DNA of 64,000 nucleotides from Candidatus Atabeyarchaeum deiterrae (GCA_037310415.1 CP147780.1:704001-768000), one strand, 5' to 3'; shown: positions 1 to 10,633, counted from the stretch's first letter. The notes: generated by a model from the sequence alone, not told the origin. Program-made: numbers and translations.

Positions 1-698
1 CTGTCAAGACCAATAGCGTCCAATTCATCAATGAATATTATTGAGGGCGCAGAGTTTGAAGCTTCCGCATAAAGATCGTGGACTCTCTTGGCACCTTCCC
101 CAACGAATGTGCCAATGAGTTCAGTTGCTTTGGATAGGTAGATCGGAACACTACTTTCGTTTGCTAGTGCCAATGCAGTCATGGTTTTTCCTGTTCCAGG
201 CGGGCCGTAGAAGAGGATGTTTCGTGGACCCCAGTCTCCAAATTTCTCCGGAGACTCAAGATATTTCTGTATTATCTCACATTTCTCCTTTGCCGTTTCG
301 TTGCCAATTATGTCGCCGAATGTGACATTCGTCTTTAGGTTCAAGGTGCTTCTCTGTGTGTTCTCCAGTACGATTTTAGTTGTTGAGGTTATGCATGTAT
401 CTTCAGGTACAACATCGACAACTTCAAAAGCGAAATTAGGGAAAGTCTCTTGGTCGAAGAGGAATTCGCCCTTCTTTATTCTCTGCCCGCGCCATTGATC
501 TGCGGCATATGCTTGGAAAAGGAGAGGATTGTCGGTTGTTATCCTGAGGGGCTTATCATCACCTGGTGTGCGTAAAGGGAAGCCTGCCGCGCGAAGCACA
601 ACCATTTCAGCAGGAACTAGGACAGATTCATCTCTCTCAATTTCCTCAACGATTGACTCATCGTGATCAACTGAAATCCTCTTACTTCGCTTGGGCAT
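1..698 (-). CDS. AAA+ ATPase (archaeal COG1223/AMA-type), 3' end runs off the window
   Basis: Manual minus-strand translation from ATG at 698: MPKRSKRISV...FQAYAADQW...[20 protein letters not shown] (Walker A)...IIFIDELDAIGLD (Walker B). Not in the ORF track because it is truncated. Confidence 0.85.
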   Translation of the reverse strand, partial: MPKRSKRISVDHDESIVEEIERDESVLVPAEMVVLRAAGFPLRTPGDDKPLRITTDNPLLFQAYAADQWRGQRIKKGEFLFDQETFPNFAFEVVDVVPEDTCITSTTKIVLENTQRSTLNLKTNVTFGDIIGNETAKEKCEIIQKYLESPEKFGDWGPRNILFYGPPGTGKTMTALALANESSVPIYLSKATELIGTFVGEGAKRVHDLYAEASNSAPSIIFIDELDAIGLD

Positions 699-918
699 GT
701 TACTTGCTTCACCTAAGTCTTCTATATCATACGTGACCGAGAAGGAGAAATGAACTCACAGTGTGTGGTTTTCAGGTAACCGATTAAATAAACACATATA
801 TTAAACATTTTGTCTACTCACTTAGTGTAGTATTTCTCCCTGCGTTCACGTCATGTTTTAGGGGAGCTTGTACCAGATAAAAATCTTTGGTCAAATCGCA
901 TAGGAGAAGAGAGAAGAG

Positions 919-1482
919 TTGGACAGCGTAAGGGCGTTCATAGCAGTAGAGCTGGATCCTCGACTCCTTCCCAAGGTTATCGAACTGCAAAGAGAAATCT
1001 TGTCTGTGGGCGCAGACGTCAAGGCAGTTGAACCTGAGAACATCCATTTCACATTGAAGTTTCTCGGGGAGGTGCAGCAACCAACAATAAACAAAGTCAC
1101 TGACTCTATGAATAAACTTGATTTCAATTCATTCGTGATCGACGTGTCGGGGGTGGGATGCTTTCCGACTATCGGCAACCCCCGTGTAATATGGATTGGT
1201 GTTTCTACCGGACTAAACGATTTTTCCCGGATTGCAAAGCAACTGGACAATTACCTGAGTGAAATCGGGTTCAAATCGGAGGGTGAGCGATTTACGGCCC
1301 ACTTGACCATCGGACGCGTCAGGAGTGGACTTAACAAGGCGGCCTTGGTCAAGAAGGTCGGCGACATGCTGAACGCTGAGGTTGGAAGAATGACCGTGGG
1401 TGCTGTTAAGCTCAAGAAGAGCGTTCTGACTCCTAGAGGACCGATTTACTCAACCCTACACGAGGTTAAGGCAGAGGAATGA
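919..1482 (+). CDS. thpR: RNA 2',3'-cyclic phosphodiesterase (2H phosphoesterase)
   Basis: RAFIAV N-terminus, two HxT motifs (HFTLKFLG, HLTIGR), C-terminal GPIYS. Confidence 0.93.
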   Translation: MDSVRAFIAVELDPRLLPKVIELQREILSVGADVKAVEPENIHFTLKFLGEVQQPTINKVTDSMNKLDFNSFVIDVSGVGCFPTIGNPRVIWIGVSTGLNDFSRIAKQLDNYLSEIGFKSEGERFTAHLTIGRVRSGLNKAALVKKVGDMLNAEVGRMTVGAVKLKKSVLTPRGPIYSTLHEVKAEE

Positions 1483-1504
1483 TGCTGAATGGATCAGGAT
1501 CTAA

Positions 1505-2920
1505 ATGACACCAAAGGTTGAAGAAGTCTGTAAAGAGATACTGGGGAGAATAAAACCAACTGAAGATGAGAAGAGACGTGTCTCGAGCGTGGTGTCTAAG
1601 GTCATCGATGAACTCACTAAAATGATCAAGAGCTTGGGAATCGACGCCATGGCAGAGCTTCAAGGATCTATAGCTCATAAGACTTGGGTATCTAATGAGC
1701 GAGATATTGACATCTTCATTCTGTTCTCGACCAACTACGCTTTAGATGAAATCAAGAGGGTTGGGTTAGAACTCGGTAAAGAAGTATCACATGGGAAATG
1801 GAGAGAGCGGTATGCCGAGCACCCATTTATAGAAGCAACCATTGACGATTACAGAGTGGACATAGTGCCGTGCTACAAGATTTCAGAATACTCAGAGCGA
1901 ATAACAGCAGTTGATAGAACACCGCTTCATACTGAATACCTTTCCGAACGAATCGGGGAAAAGAACAAGGACGAGATCATACTATTGAAGTCGTTCATGA
2001 AGGGCATTGGTGTTTATGGCGCTGAACTGAAAGTAAGGGGCTTTTCAGGGTATCTGTGTGAGCTGCTAACTCTGTATTACGGGTCGTTTGAGGGAGTTCT
2101 GAGAGGCGCATTGCGATGGAAAACACAGGAAGTGATCGACATTGCTGAACACTACGCAGAGGAGGAAACCGTGGTGACTGTCTTCAAAGAGCCACTCATA
2201 ATCATCGATCCTGTCGACCCCACCAGAAATGTGGCAGCAGCCGTCTCGTCTGATCGGATCGCCGATCTCAAAGCCGCAGCCAGAGCCTTCATTCAGGATC
2301 CGTCTCCAAGATTCTTTAGACCGCCAGAGGTAATGCCCCTTTCAACAAAAGAAATCGAACGTCTAATAGTGACAAGAAAGACGGATACATTGTTCATCCA
2401 GTTTCCTTGCCACAAGATATCGCCTGACATATTGTGGGGTGAGTTAGGAAAATCGGCGAAGACACTCAAGAGAATAATGGAGCTACATGACTTCACAGTA
2501 ATAGGCTATGACGCATGGTCAGATGAAGACTCAGTTGCTGTCATAGTTCTCGAACTCACATCAGTTAATCTCCCATCGATCGCGATTCATGAAGGACCAT
2601 TCGCAGGGCACCCAAGCCAGGAGAGATTCCTTGAAAAGCACCTCCGTAACGTGAGAAAAGTAGCAGGACCTTGGATTAAGGATGGAAAATGGCAAGTGGA
2701 ACTAGAAAGAGAACATGCTAATGCTAAGCATCTCATTGAAACGAAACTAACTGGAGAAAACCTTTCCGAGTTAGGTCTTTCAAGAGACATAGCTGAGTGG
2801 ATAAAAGAAGGAATCAAAGTAACCCTTAATGAAGAAATACTACCTCTCTATTCATCAAATGCAGCATTCCGAAGATTTTTGACGAAGTACTACACAAAGC
2901 GACCAGATTGGCTCTTTTAG
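1505..2920 (+). CDS. cca: class I CCA-adding enzyme
   Basis: GSIAHKTW...DIDIF nucleotidyltransferase motif, YAEHPF, AVDRTPLH, GFSGYLCELL. Confidence 0.96.
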   Translation: MTPKVEEVCKEILGRIKPTEDEKRRVSSVVSKVIDELTKMIKSLGIDAMAELQGSIAHKTWVSNERDIDIFILFSTNYALDEIKRVGLELGKEVSHGKWRERYAEHPFIEATIDDYRVDIVPCYKISEYSERITAVDRTPLHTEYLSERIGEKNKDEIILLKSFMKGIGVYGAELKVRGFSGYLCELLTLYYGSFEGVLRGALRWKTQEVIDIAEHYAEEETVVTVFKEPLIIIDPVDPTRNVAAAVSSDRIADLKAAARAFIQDPSPRFFRPPEVMPLSTKEIERLIVTRKTDTLFIQFPCHKISPDILWGELGKSAKTLKRIMELHDFTVIGYDAWSDEDSVAVIVLELTSVNLPSIAIHEGPFAGHPSQERFLEKHLRNVRKVAGPWIKDGKWQVELEREHANAKHLIETKLTGENLSELGLSRDIAEWIKEGIKVTLNEEILPLYSSNAAFRRFLTKYYTKRPDWLF

Positions 2921-2942
2921 AAAGTATGAGGAGAGTACCATT

Positions 2943-4112
2943 CTATACTCGACTCAAAGCAAGGGCACCCTTCGGGCAGACTTCAATGCAGATTAGACAT
3001 CGGACACAGTGCTGATTGCCTATTATGGGGATTCCACGTTGAAGCTTAATGTTATTCATCTTACAGGCTTTGACACACACGCCACATTCATCGCAATCCC
3101 CAGTGAGAAGAATCGAACCGACCTTAGTCGTTCTCAAATCTTTCTCGACTGAATGCAGAGGCTGAACACCTGGACCAAACAGTTGCTTTACTAGCGGGTG
3201 AACCAAAGGATTCAGAAATTTCGAGGTCCAGATCGGATTCAAAACGCGGAACACTCTGCTGAGAAAACTCTGGTGCAACAAGATGGGGCGGATTGAATCC
3301 CCAGTCACAGTAATATCTAGTGCTTCGCCAAGCCCTCTTTCATAAGCTAGTTTGGTTAGCTGGACATCCAAGGGATCCAAACCAGCGATCCTCTCGGCGA
3401 CAGAGTCCACCGCTACAATGTCTCTTCCAGCAATTAACATGTCGAGCTTTACTGGCTTTCCCTCTGTGGGTCCATAGTAAGGACCAGAGGGGCGAACCGA
3501 CTCAGACCCTATAGTCCCGTCGACAAGACCAAACGCGACTTTTTCCTTAAAGACCTGAAGGAGATCGACAACAGGCTCATGCAAGCCAAGCACATGAATT
3601 CTGGTCCGCTGATCCTGCCAAGTCAATCCTTTCAGGTTCTTGATGCACAGAGTCATGCCAGTAAAGAAATGTGGCTTGAAGACAGGTACTGATACTATCT
3701 TATCGACAGTCAAAGCCGTCTTAGCCACTTTCACCTTGTTCAGAACCTTTGCGCCAGGAATATGAATAGTCACAGCATCATCCTTGGAGAAATCGACAAA
3801 CTCGCCGCCAGCGCGAGCCACTCCTTCTCTAATACCCACTGCGCGATAAGTTTCCTCGGGATCCCATCCAGAAATCGGTAGATCACCTACAAGCGGCTTC
3901 CCTCCAGCCTCCTTAACCAATTTGATCAGGGAAGACACAACATTCACATTCGTAACTAGCCCACTGCCAGAGGGCTTAGCACAGCTCATATTCGGTTTGA
4001 TCAATACCCTTTCGCCAGAGCTGATTCCGATCCCGCCGGCAAGATCAACTACTCTACGAACTGACTTGTCTATTCCATCAGTTGTCCGAACTGTTGCAAC
4101 CAAAGAAGCCAT
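2943..4112 (-). CDS. DUF362 domain protein with C-terminal 2x[4Fe-4S] ferredoxin domain
   Basis: VLIKPN, VPVFKPH, TLCIKNLKG, DIVAVD motifs; CDECGVCVKAC and CVRCLICIEVCP. ATG at 4112 has a GGGAGG SD, so it is preferred over 4199. Confidence 0.85.
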   Translation of the reverse strand: MASLVATVRTTDGIDKSVRRVVDLAGGIGISSGERVLIKPNMSCAKPSGSGLVTNVNVVSSLIKLVKEAGGKPLVGDLPISGWDPEETYRAVGIREGVARAGGEFVDFSKDDAVTIHIPGAKVLNKVKVAKTALTVDKIVSVPVFKPHFFTGMTLCIKNLKGLTWQDQRTRIHVLGLHEPVVDLLQVFKEKVAFGLVDGTIGSESVRPSGPYYGPTEGKPVKLDMLIAGRDIVAVDSVAERIAGLDPLDVQLTKLAYERGLGEALDITVTGDSIRPILLHQSFLSRVFRVLNPIWTSKFLNPLVHPLVKQLFGPGVQPLHSVEKDLRTTKVGSILLTGDCDECGVCVKACKMNNIKLQRGIPIIGNQHCVRCLICIEVCPKGALALSRV

Positions 4113-4342
4113 AACAGGAGCCTCCCAATTGGACTCTAACGACGCAAGGCTACAACTCAATCTGAATATCAGCAGAGCATTTAGGATGTCAAATATCATT
4201 ACACTTGGTATTAAACTCCTACTGTTGCATTGAATACATTAAGGCATTAAAAAGACTCAAGTGAGCGTGTTTTTGGTAAGATTCGACTCGAGGAATAAAT
4301 TAAATAAGGAAATCGAGAAATCTTAGAAAAGTAGTCATGTTG

Positions 4343-4469
4343 GGGGCCGTCGTCCAGTTTGGTCAGGATGCCTGCCTGGGGTGAAATGAAGTCCCAGAGC
4401 GCAGGTGCATAAGACGAGCCAAGAACTCGATTAGCCTAATCGCCGGTTCAAATCCGGCCGGTCCCACCA
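4343..4469 (+). tRNA. tRNA-Pro(GGG) with two introns (4382-4399 at 37/38; 4409-4439 at about 46/47), CCA encoded
   Basis: Acceptor GGGGCCG/CGGTCCC, D-arm GTCC/GGAT, anticodon stem CCTGC/GCAGG with loop CTGGGG^C, T-arm GCCGG-TTCAAAT-CCGGC, ACCA end; both inserts form BHB-type helices. Confidence 0.92.
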
Positions 4470-4506
4470 CTTATTGATTCATCCATTCTCGCAGAGCTGC
4501 TTTGTG

Positions 4507-5718
4507 ATGAGGAAGAAGGACCGCTTATTCTATTACGCGGATGACGACGAGATCAAGAAAGCTGATACTGCAGATATCTATCTATTTAGAACGAAGGAAA
4601 TTCTTGAGCGAAGGGAATTAGCACAGAGAAAGGTTGTTGTCGAGGTGAGTACTAGGAGACTCCCTGGGGGAATACCTTGGGGAATATTATGTGGTGCCGG
4701 CGAGGTTGCCAGACTTCTTGAAGGTCTCCCCATCAACGTCTATTGTATGCGGGAAGGAACCTTGTTTCACGCTAGGGGCTACCATGGGATCAGAGCTCCC
4801 GTAATGGTGGTTGAGGGTGAGTTCTCAAAGTTCGTATTATACGACACCTCTATACTGGACTTGGTTTGCCAATCTTCGGGCATTGCCACGAGAACTGCTA
4901 GGTTGCGCAAGATCATAGGGCGGGACAAGTCTCTCCTGAGCTTTGGGATAAGGAGGATGCATCCAGCTATTGCTCCACTTATAGACTATGCTGTCTACAT
5001 AGGAACTGCGGATGGGGTGAGTGGCGTTGCTGGAGCAAGACTAATCGGAATCGAACCATCTGGGACCATACCCCATACTCTGATTCTCTTGTTCTACGAT
5101 GCTTTTGGTAGTCAAGTTGAAGCTTGGAAAGCTTTCGATGAAATCATGCCGCCTGATGTTCCAAGGGTTGCACTTTGCGATACTTTGTATGACGAAAAGA
5201 TTGAGTCCTTAATGGCAGCTGAGGCTCTTGGGAAACGACTATCGATGGTTCGGCTAGATACAATAGGGAGCCGTAGGGGGAATATGCCTGATATTGTCAG
5301 GGAGGTACGTCGCGAACTAGACATAAGAGGACACAACCATGTCAAAATAATGGTTTCAGGGGGGTTGAACGAGGAGTCTGTCAAGGAACTAGCTGGTCTT
5401 GCAGACGGTTTCGGCATTGGGACCCACATAAGTAACTCACCTACGGTAGACTTTTCCTTTGACATCGTGGAGATTGAAGGCAAACCTACTGCTAAGCGCG
5501 GAAAAGTTTCGGGAAAGAAACAGGTGTTTAGATGCATGGTTTGCTACGTCGATCTAGCTGCTTCCTTCCAAGAAACACCGACATGTCCGATATGTGAAGG
5601 GAAAATGGAGCCGTGGTTAATGCCCTTGATAAAAGACGGAAAGATCGTAAGTAAGTCATCAAGTCTGCTGGATACACAGAGATACGTATTCAAGCAACTG
5701 GAAAAAGCTGCCCTGTAG
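4507..5718 (+). CDS. pncB: nicotinate phosphoribosyltransferase with C-terminal Zn ribbon
   Basis: ADIY, SFGIRRMHP, GTIPH, VRLDT, VSGGL, GFGIGT, AKRGK; CMVC..CPIC. Confidence 0.9.
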   Translation: MRKKDRLFYYADDDEIKKADTADIYLFRTKEILERRELAQRKVVVEVSTRRLPGGIPWGILCGAGEVARLLEGLPINVYCMREGTLFHARGYHGIRAPVMVVEGEFSKFVLYDTSILDLVCQSSGIATRTARLRKIIGRDKSLLSFGIRRMHPAIAPLIDYAVYIGTADGVSGVAGARLIGIEPSGTIPHTLILLFYDAFGSQVEAWKAFDEIMPPDVPRVALCDTLYDEKIESLMAAEALGKRLSMVRLDTIGSRRGNMPDIVREVRRELDIRGHNHVKIMVSGGLNEESVKELAGLADGFGIGTHISNSPTVDFSFDIVEIEGKPTAKRGKVSGKKQVFRCMVCYVDLAASFQETPTCPICEGKMEPWLMPLIKDGKIVSKSSSLLDTQRYVFKQLEKAAL

Positions 5719-5753
5719 GCGTCGTCTTTTCTTAGACTGTGACAGGGAACTGG

Positions 5754-6839
5754 TTATGACAAGTTCCAGTAGTTCGACTGGATTCTCTTGACTTCTCTTA
5801 TCAATCTTTCAACGTAGTCTTTAACCCGTTCGTCAGAGTTCGGTTGCGGATCTTTCACGTCGATATTGACTCGGCTCATTTGGGAAAGGACGCTTAAGAT
5901 GCACCTCGGTAGTGCTTCGAGGCTATAGCCGCCCTCCAGTGTAACGATGAGTTTTCCTCCTGATAGTTCGTCTGCTAGTTGGATGGCAGTTCTCACTATC
6001 TCTCCATAAGTCGCGGCCGTCAGTGACAGGGACGATATTGGATCCAAATTATGCCCATCGAAGCCATTTGAGACTAGTATTATCTGGGGCTTGTATTGTC
6101 GGGCTATTGGGACAGCTATTTCTCGTAAAACCTTGAGGTACGATTCGTGCCCTGTTAGCGGTGGTAGAGGCACGTTGACTTTGTATCCCTCTCCTTCTCC
6201 TTCCCCCACTTCATCTTGAAAACCTGTTCCAGGATACAGTGTTCTGCCGTCTTGGTGGAGGCTGATGTACAAAACATATCTCTTGTCGTAGAAAATATCC
6301 TGTGTTCCGTTTCCATGGTGGCAATCACAGTCCAAAATCAATATTCTGTCATACTTCTTCTCTTGGTGCAACTGCTCGGCTAAGATCGCAATATTGTTGA
6401 AGAAGCAGAACCCCCGTGCTAGGGTTGCGTTTGCGTGATGCCCTGGAGGTCTGATCATTGCGTATGCATTCTTAGCGTCTCCATTGATCACCTTTTCTCC
6501 AGCTAAGAGAATGCCTTCGACCGCGAGCAACGCAGCTTCATATGTCCCTGGGGATGCTGGTGTGTCTGGATCCGCATACGCACTAGTGGTTGAGATCTTC
6601 TTCACAAACTCCATGTGAGATCTTGGGTGGATTCTCAAGATTGCTTTTTCGGAATCACCCATTGATGGCTGGAAAACCTTCATATTTTTCTCCTGTTTTG
6701 ATAGGTCACTCTCTTGAATTGCTTTCATCATGACTTCGAGACGGCGTCGCGTCTCGGGATGACCAGATCCCGTATCGTGATTCAGATACTTTGGGTGGTA
6801 GATTAGAGCAGTGATAGTCTTCTGAGACATGACAATCAT
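5754..6839 (-). CDS. histone deacetylase family (class II-like Zn-dependent) deacetylase
   Basis: HPE, RPPGHHA, GFCFFNN, DCHHGNGTQ, YPGTG, GFDGH..DP, LEGGY. Confidence 0.93.
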   Translation of the reverse strand: MIVMSQKTITALIYHPKYLNHDTGSGHPETRRRLEVMMKAIQESDLSKQEKNMKVFQPSMGDSEKAILRIHPRSHMEFVKKISTTSAYADPDTPASPGTYEAALLAVEGILLAGEKVINGDAKNAYAMIRPPGHHANATLARGFCFFNNIAILAEQLHQEKKYDRILILDCDCHHGNGTQDIFYDKRYVLYISLHQDGRTLYPGTGFQDEVGEGEGEGYKVNVPLPPLTGHESYLKVLREIAVPIARQYKPQIILVSNGFDGHNLDPISSLSLTAATYGEIVRTAIQLADELSGGKLIVTLEGGYSLEALPRCILSVLSQMSRVNIDVKDPQPNSDERVKDYVERLIREVKRIQSNYWNLS

Positions 6840-6881
6840 CTTGAGTGACTTATTGATCTGATAACTAATTGTCTAGCGGTT

Positions 6882-8249
6882 TCAGACTAGTCCCCTTCGT
6901 CTTCTTTCCTCAACAGTCAGTTTGACCGCCCTATCTATAATCTCCCTAGTCTTGCCTAAGTATTTCTGTGGATCGAGAGCATCTGTGATTTCGGCTTCTG
7001 TCACATGGGCTCTCACAAGATTGTTCTCAACGAGTAATCGCCTGAACGGTTTTCTAGTTTTCATTGATTCCATTGCAATTTGTCTCACGAGTTCATGTGC
7101 TTCTTGCCGTCCCATCCCCTTTTTTGCTACTAGGAGCATGATACTCTCGGACATTATTAGTCCCTCTCCCAGCTCCAAATTTCTCTTCATATTCTCAGGC
7201 ATAATACTAAGACCTCTGAGTACACTTGTCATCGTGCTTAGTGTTTCGTCAAGCAATATGCATGCCTGTGGAATAGTGAATCTCTCATTGGCTGAATTCG
7301 TCAAATCACGTTCGTGCCAAAGGGAGATATTCTCAAATGCGACAACAACGAGCGAGCGCATAAGTCTAGCCAAACTGCATATTCGCTCAGACTTCATTGG
7401 ATTCACTTTTGCTGGCATCGTCGAGGACCCCACCTGCTTGTCAATCCTGAACGGTTCGATCAGTTCCCGTATTTCAGTTCTCTGCAAGTTTCGAATCTCG
7501 GTAGCGAATTTCTCAAGAGAAGCTGCTATTAGAGCTAAGAGAGAGATGAACTCGGCATGACGATCTCTTTGTACTATTTGAGTCGAGACTTCGACTGGAT
7601 TTAGTCCGAGTTCATTCATCACGACATCTTGGATTTCAAGCATCTTCGGTCCCAAGCCTGCGCCCGTCCCTACTGCCCCGGACATCTTGCCAACAAGTAT
7701 CCTCTTTCTGCACTCATTAAGCCTCTCAACATGCCTTGAGATTTCTCTAAGCCATACGGCGAATTTCAAACCAAGCGTGATTGGAGTTGCATGAACCCCA
7801 TGTGTTCTTCCAGCCATCACTTGGTCTCTGTATTTCTTACAGAGATCCAGTAAGACTGCTTCAAGCTCGTTCACCTTCTGTTGAATGATATCGAGGGCCT
7901 CGCGAATCTGCAGTGCCAAGGCAGTATCCTCAATATCGTAGCTCGTCGCACCGAAGTGGACCCACTTTCCACTATCCCCGCACACTTCGGCAAGAGCTTC
8001 CACCATTGCCATGAGATCATGTTCAATTTCTTTTTCAATCACTTTAACCCGGTCGATTTTGACAAAATTTGTGGAAGCTTTGGCTGTGATGTCTGCTGCG
8101 GCGTCAGAAGGTATGTTCCCGACCGAAGCATTGGCTCTTGCCAAGACAGCCTCGACTAGAAGCCACTTCTGAAGTCTGTTTTCCTCCCTGAATATCCGAC
8201 GCATCTCTTCCGAGCCATATCTCCCGGAATCTATTGGGCAAATAGCCAA
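6882..8249 (-). CDS. purB: adenylosuccinate lyase
   Basis: HFGATSYD, GRTHG, GSSTMPAKVNP signature, HERDLTNS. Confidence 0.96.
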   Translation of the reverse strand: MAICPIDSGRYGSEEMRRIFREENRLQKWLLVEAVLARANASVGNIPSDAAADITAKASTNFVKIDRVKVIEKEIEHDLMAMVEALAEVCGDSGKWVHFGATSYDIEDTALALQIREALDIIQQKVNELEAVLLDLCKKYRDQVMAGRTHGVHATPITLGLKFAVWLREISRHVERLNECRKRILVGKMSGAVGTGAGLGPKMLEIQDVVMNELGLNPVEVSTQIVQRDRHAEFISLLALIAASLEKFATEIRNLQRTEIRELIEPFRIDKQVGSSTMPAKVNPMKSERICSLARLMRSLVVVAFENISLWHERDLTNSANERFTIPQACILLDETLSTMTSVLRGLSIMPENMKRNLELGEGLIMSESIMLLVAKKGMGRQEAHELVRQIAMESMKTRKPFRRLLVENNLVRAHVTEAEITDALDPQKYLGKTREIIDRAVKLTVEERRRRGLV

Positions 8250-8359
8250 CAGTTCTCACCTCAAAGGCCAAGTCCAAGTTCGTTTGTTTCAAACAGTGAA
8301 TTGCAGGGTTGTCTTTCTCAGGTACACGTTCTCTCTATGGGCTCGAGTTGTCTAAAACT

Positions 8360-10600
8360 TTACTCTTCAGCACCTAGATCCTCCAGTGTTAGTACTTCCT
8401 GTTTGGATTCCGTGGTCTTTCTTGTCTTGAGTAGATTCCAGTCCGTCTGCTCGAGCGTGGCACCCACCTGTTCGTAGACACTTCTTGCAACATCAGGTCC
8501 AATAGTCGGTATTGACAGAAGTTGAGATGGTTTTGAAGCTCTCAGGTGCCTCAACGTCTTGAGACCCGCATTGTAAAGCATCCTCGCCCTTACTCTGCCA
8601 ATACCTTTAAGTCTGACAAGCTCAAGTAGCTCCTCTTTTACTCCTTCGGTCACGCGATCCCTCACGTCACTCACGAGTGGTATTATATCTTTGCAGTTAA
8701 GTAGTTTAGCGATTTCGTGGGTTGCATAAAGAAGCCAGTCTGCCGATTCAACATATCTGAATATGTCGCCTGAACCAACATCAAACTTTTCAATAATAGT
8801 CTCTTCTGGGAATTCTTCCATCCATGAAAGGAGGAGACGAGTTGTCTTGACCTCTGAAAGGAAACTCTCATACTCGGCTGGTGCGCTCCACGGATCTGGA
8901 ACCTCAACCAAGAACTCATTAAGAGATTCGTCTACGAAGGTTTCTATTTCCTTGTAGTCTCTTCTTCTGAGGTAGGTTGGCTCCATGTCTGGAGTATGAC
9001 ATATCATGCTGATCATGCCCAAGACCGTCTTTCTTCGGTTGTTTTGTATGCCGTCTCTTATGATGACTGCCGACTTTGGGTCTACATAAAGTTCTGAGAC
9101 TCTGTCTCCGAATGGTGTTGCACTCAATTTGCTTCGCTTCACTTCTTTGATCATATTCTCTGAGACTAAGTACTCCAAGACAGTCTCGATGATGCCTTCG
9201 ATGTCCTTCGGATCATATTGGTATCCATAGAAAGTCCTGCTAAGGAACTTCATGATCTCATCCGCGTTGTTCGCAAGGTTCATAGCAATCGAAGAGAGTA
9301 TGTGTGACCTAAGTGCTGATTCTTTTCCGAGCTTCGACCATATCTTCTCAGGCTCACCATTTATGTAAGTATCTAGTAGTGTTGTTTTTTCTTCTCCTCC
9401 TCTGGAAATGAGAATGGCTTCTCCCAGTTTGTCATACTTCGGTCTACCTGCTCTGCCGGCCATCTGTTTGTACTCTAGGACAGGTATTGGATAGTATCCG
9501 AGTCCCGTCTCGTATCTCCTGTAACTATCCAGTATAACCATTCTTGCTGGCAAGTTTACTCCAGCTGCTAGCGTTGGAGTGGCGCAAACGATCTTTATCT
9601 TGTTCTCCCTGAACCCGTTTTCTATGACTCTGCGTTCTTGATATCTCAGGCCTGCGTGGTGGAAGGCTACACTCTTTGTCACTAGCTCTGAGAGCCTCTC
9701 AGTAACCTTGGTCACTTCACCTGTTTTCAGAATCATACTTGAGATCTCTTTGAGTCCTCTTCTCTCAGCACTGGAGGCAAGTGAAGGGATGAGTTTCGCT
9801 ATCCTCGTGGCGAGATTCATCGTTTTCTTTCGGGTATCAGTGAATATGAGTACTTGTCCTCCCTCTTTCACCACACTGGAAGCCAAGTCCACAACTGGAA
9901 CCCCTAACGTTCTTTTGATCTCTCTGATCTCGCCGTCCCCAAAATAGATCAACCCCGAATCTGAGTCGTACACTCCCTCTTTCAGCTTGACTGGTCTCCA
10001 ATCACTAGTCACAAGTTTGGCAGTCAGCCACTTGGCGAGTTCGTCCGCATTACTTATTGTGGCACTCAAGGCGAGGATCTGGGCCTTAGGATTCAACTGC
10101 ATCAGTCTTGCCAAAACAACCTCAAGAGTCGGTCCTCTTTCATGATCATTTATTAAATGTATCTCATCAGCGATGATCGCTGTCAAGTTGCCTATCCATT
10201 TCGCGCGGTGTCTAATTAATGAATCGACCTTTTCGGTTGTTGCTATTATCAGATCACGATCTTCAAGCCACTGATCTGTATTATCCAAGTCACCCGTCGA
10301 CAGAGCCACTCGGACTCCAATCTTCTCATACTTCCTGAATTCATTATACTTCTCGTCTGCCAGTGCCTTAAGCGGAACAAGGTAGACAGCCTTACCTGCC
10401 TTCTCGATTATTGACTTGACCATGCTTAGCTCCGCCATCAGAGTTTTGCCTGATGCTGTAGGGACAGCCAACACTAGGTTCCTGCCTTCAAGAACCCCCT
10501 TATTGACGGCTTCTTCTTGAGGCGGGTACAGGTTGAGGTAGCGTTCCCTCTCCAAGATGGTCTTGACTGGATCCGGAATTAACAGATCTTTGATCTTCAA
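8360..10600 (-). CDS. hel308: Ski2-like SF2 DNA helicase Hel308
   Basis: LYPPQ, PTASGKT, DEIH, LSAT, AFHHAGL, TLAAGVNLPA, QMAGRAGRP, C-terminal HhH GIGRVRAR. Confidence 0.95.
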   Translation of the reverse strand: MKIKDLLIPDPVKTILERERYLNLYPPQEEAVNKGVLEGRNLVLAVPTASGKTLMAELSMVKSIIEKAGKAVYLVPLKALADEKYNEFRKYEKIGVRVALSTGDLDNTDQWLEDRDLIIATTEKVDSLIRHRAKWIGNLTAIIADEIHLINDHERGPTLEVVLARLMQLNPKAQILALSATISNADELAKWLTAKLVTSDWRPVKLKEGVYDSDSGLIYFGDGEIREIKRTLGVPVVDLASSVVKEGGQVLIFTDTRKKTMNLATRIAKLIPSLASSAERRGLKEISSMILKTGEVTKVTERLSELVTKSVAFHHAGLRYQERRVIENGFRENKIKIVCATPTLAAGVNLPARMVILDSYRRYETGLGYYPIPVLEYKQMAGRAGRPKYDKLGEAILISRGGEEKTTLLDTYINGEPEKIWSKLGKESALRSHILSSIAMNLANNADEIMKFLSRTFYGYQYDPKDIEGIIETVLEYLVSENMIKEVKRSKLSATPFGDRVSELYVDPKSAVIIRDGIQNNRRKTVLGMISMICHTPDMEPTYLRRRDYKEIETFVDESLNEFLVEVPDPWSAPAEYESFLSEVKTTRLLLSWMEEFPEETIIEKFDVGSGDIFRYVESADWLLYATHEIAKLLNCKDIIPLVSDVRDRVTEGVKEELLELVRLKGIGRVRARMLYNAGLKTLRHLRASKPSQLLSIPTIGPDVARSVYEQVGATLEQTDWNLLKTRKTTESKQEVLTLEDLGAEE

Positions 10601-10633
10601 GAATAGGTTAAACCTCTGAAAGCATTTGTTTTC

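Noticed and set aside
4440-4475. tRNA-Pro 3' end as an integration site
   Set aside because: No duplicated tRNA 3' end or integrase seen in the window; flanking genes are metabolic
6922-7560. 212-aa ORF antisense to purB (similar cases: 27894-28460, 34312-34899, 36013-36537, 41856-42422)
   Set aside because: Antisense shadows of well-conserved genes with Ser/Ile-rich mirror composition
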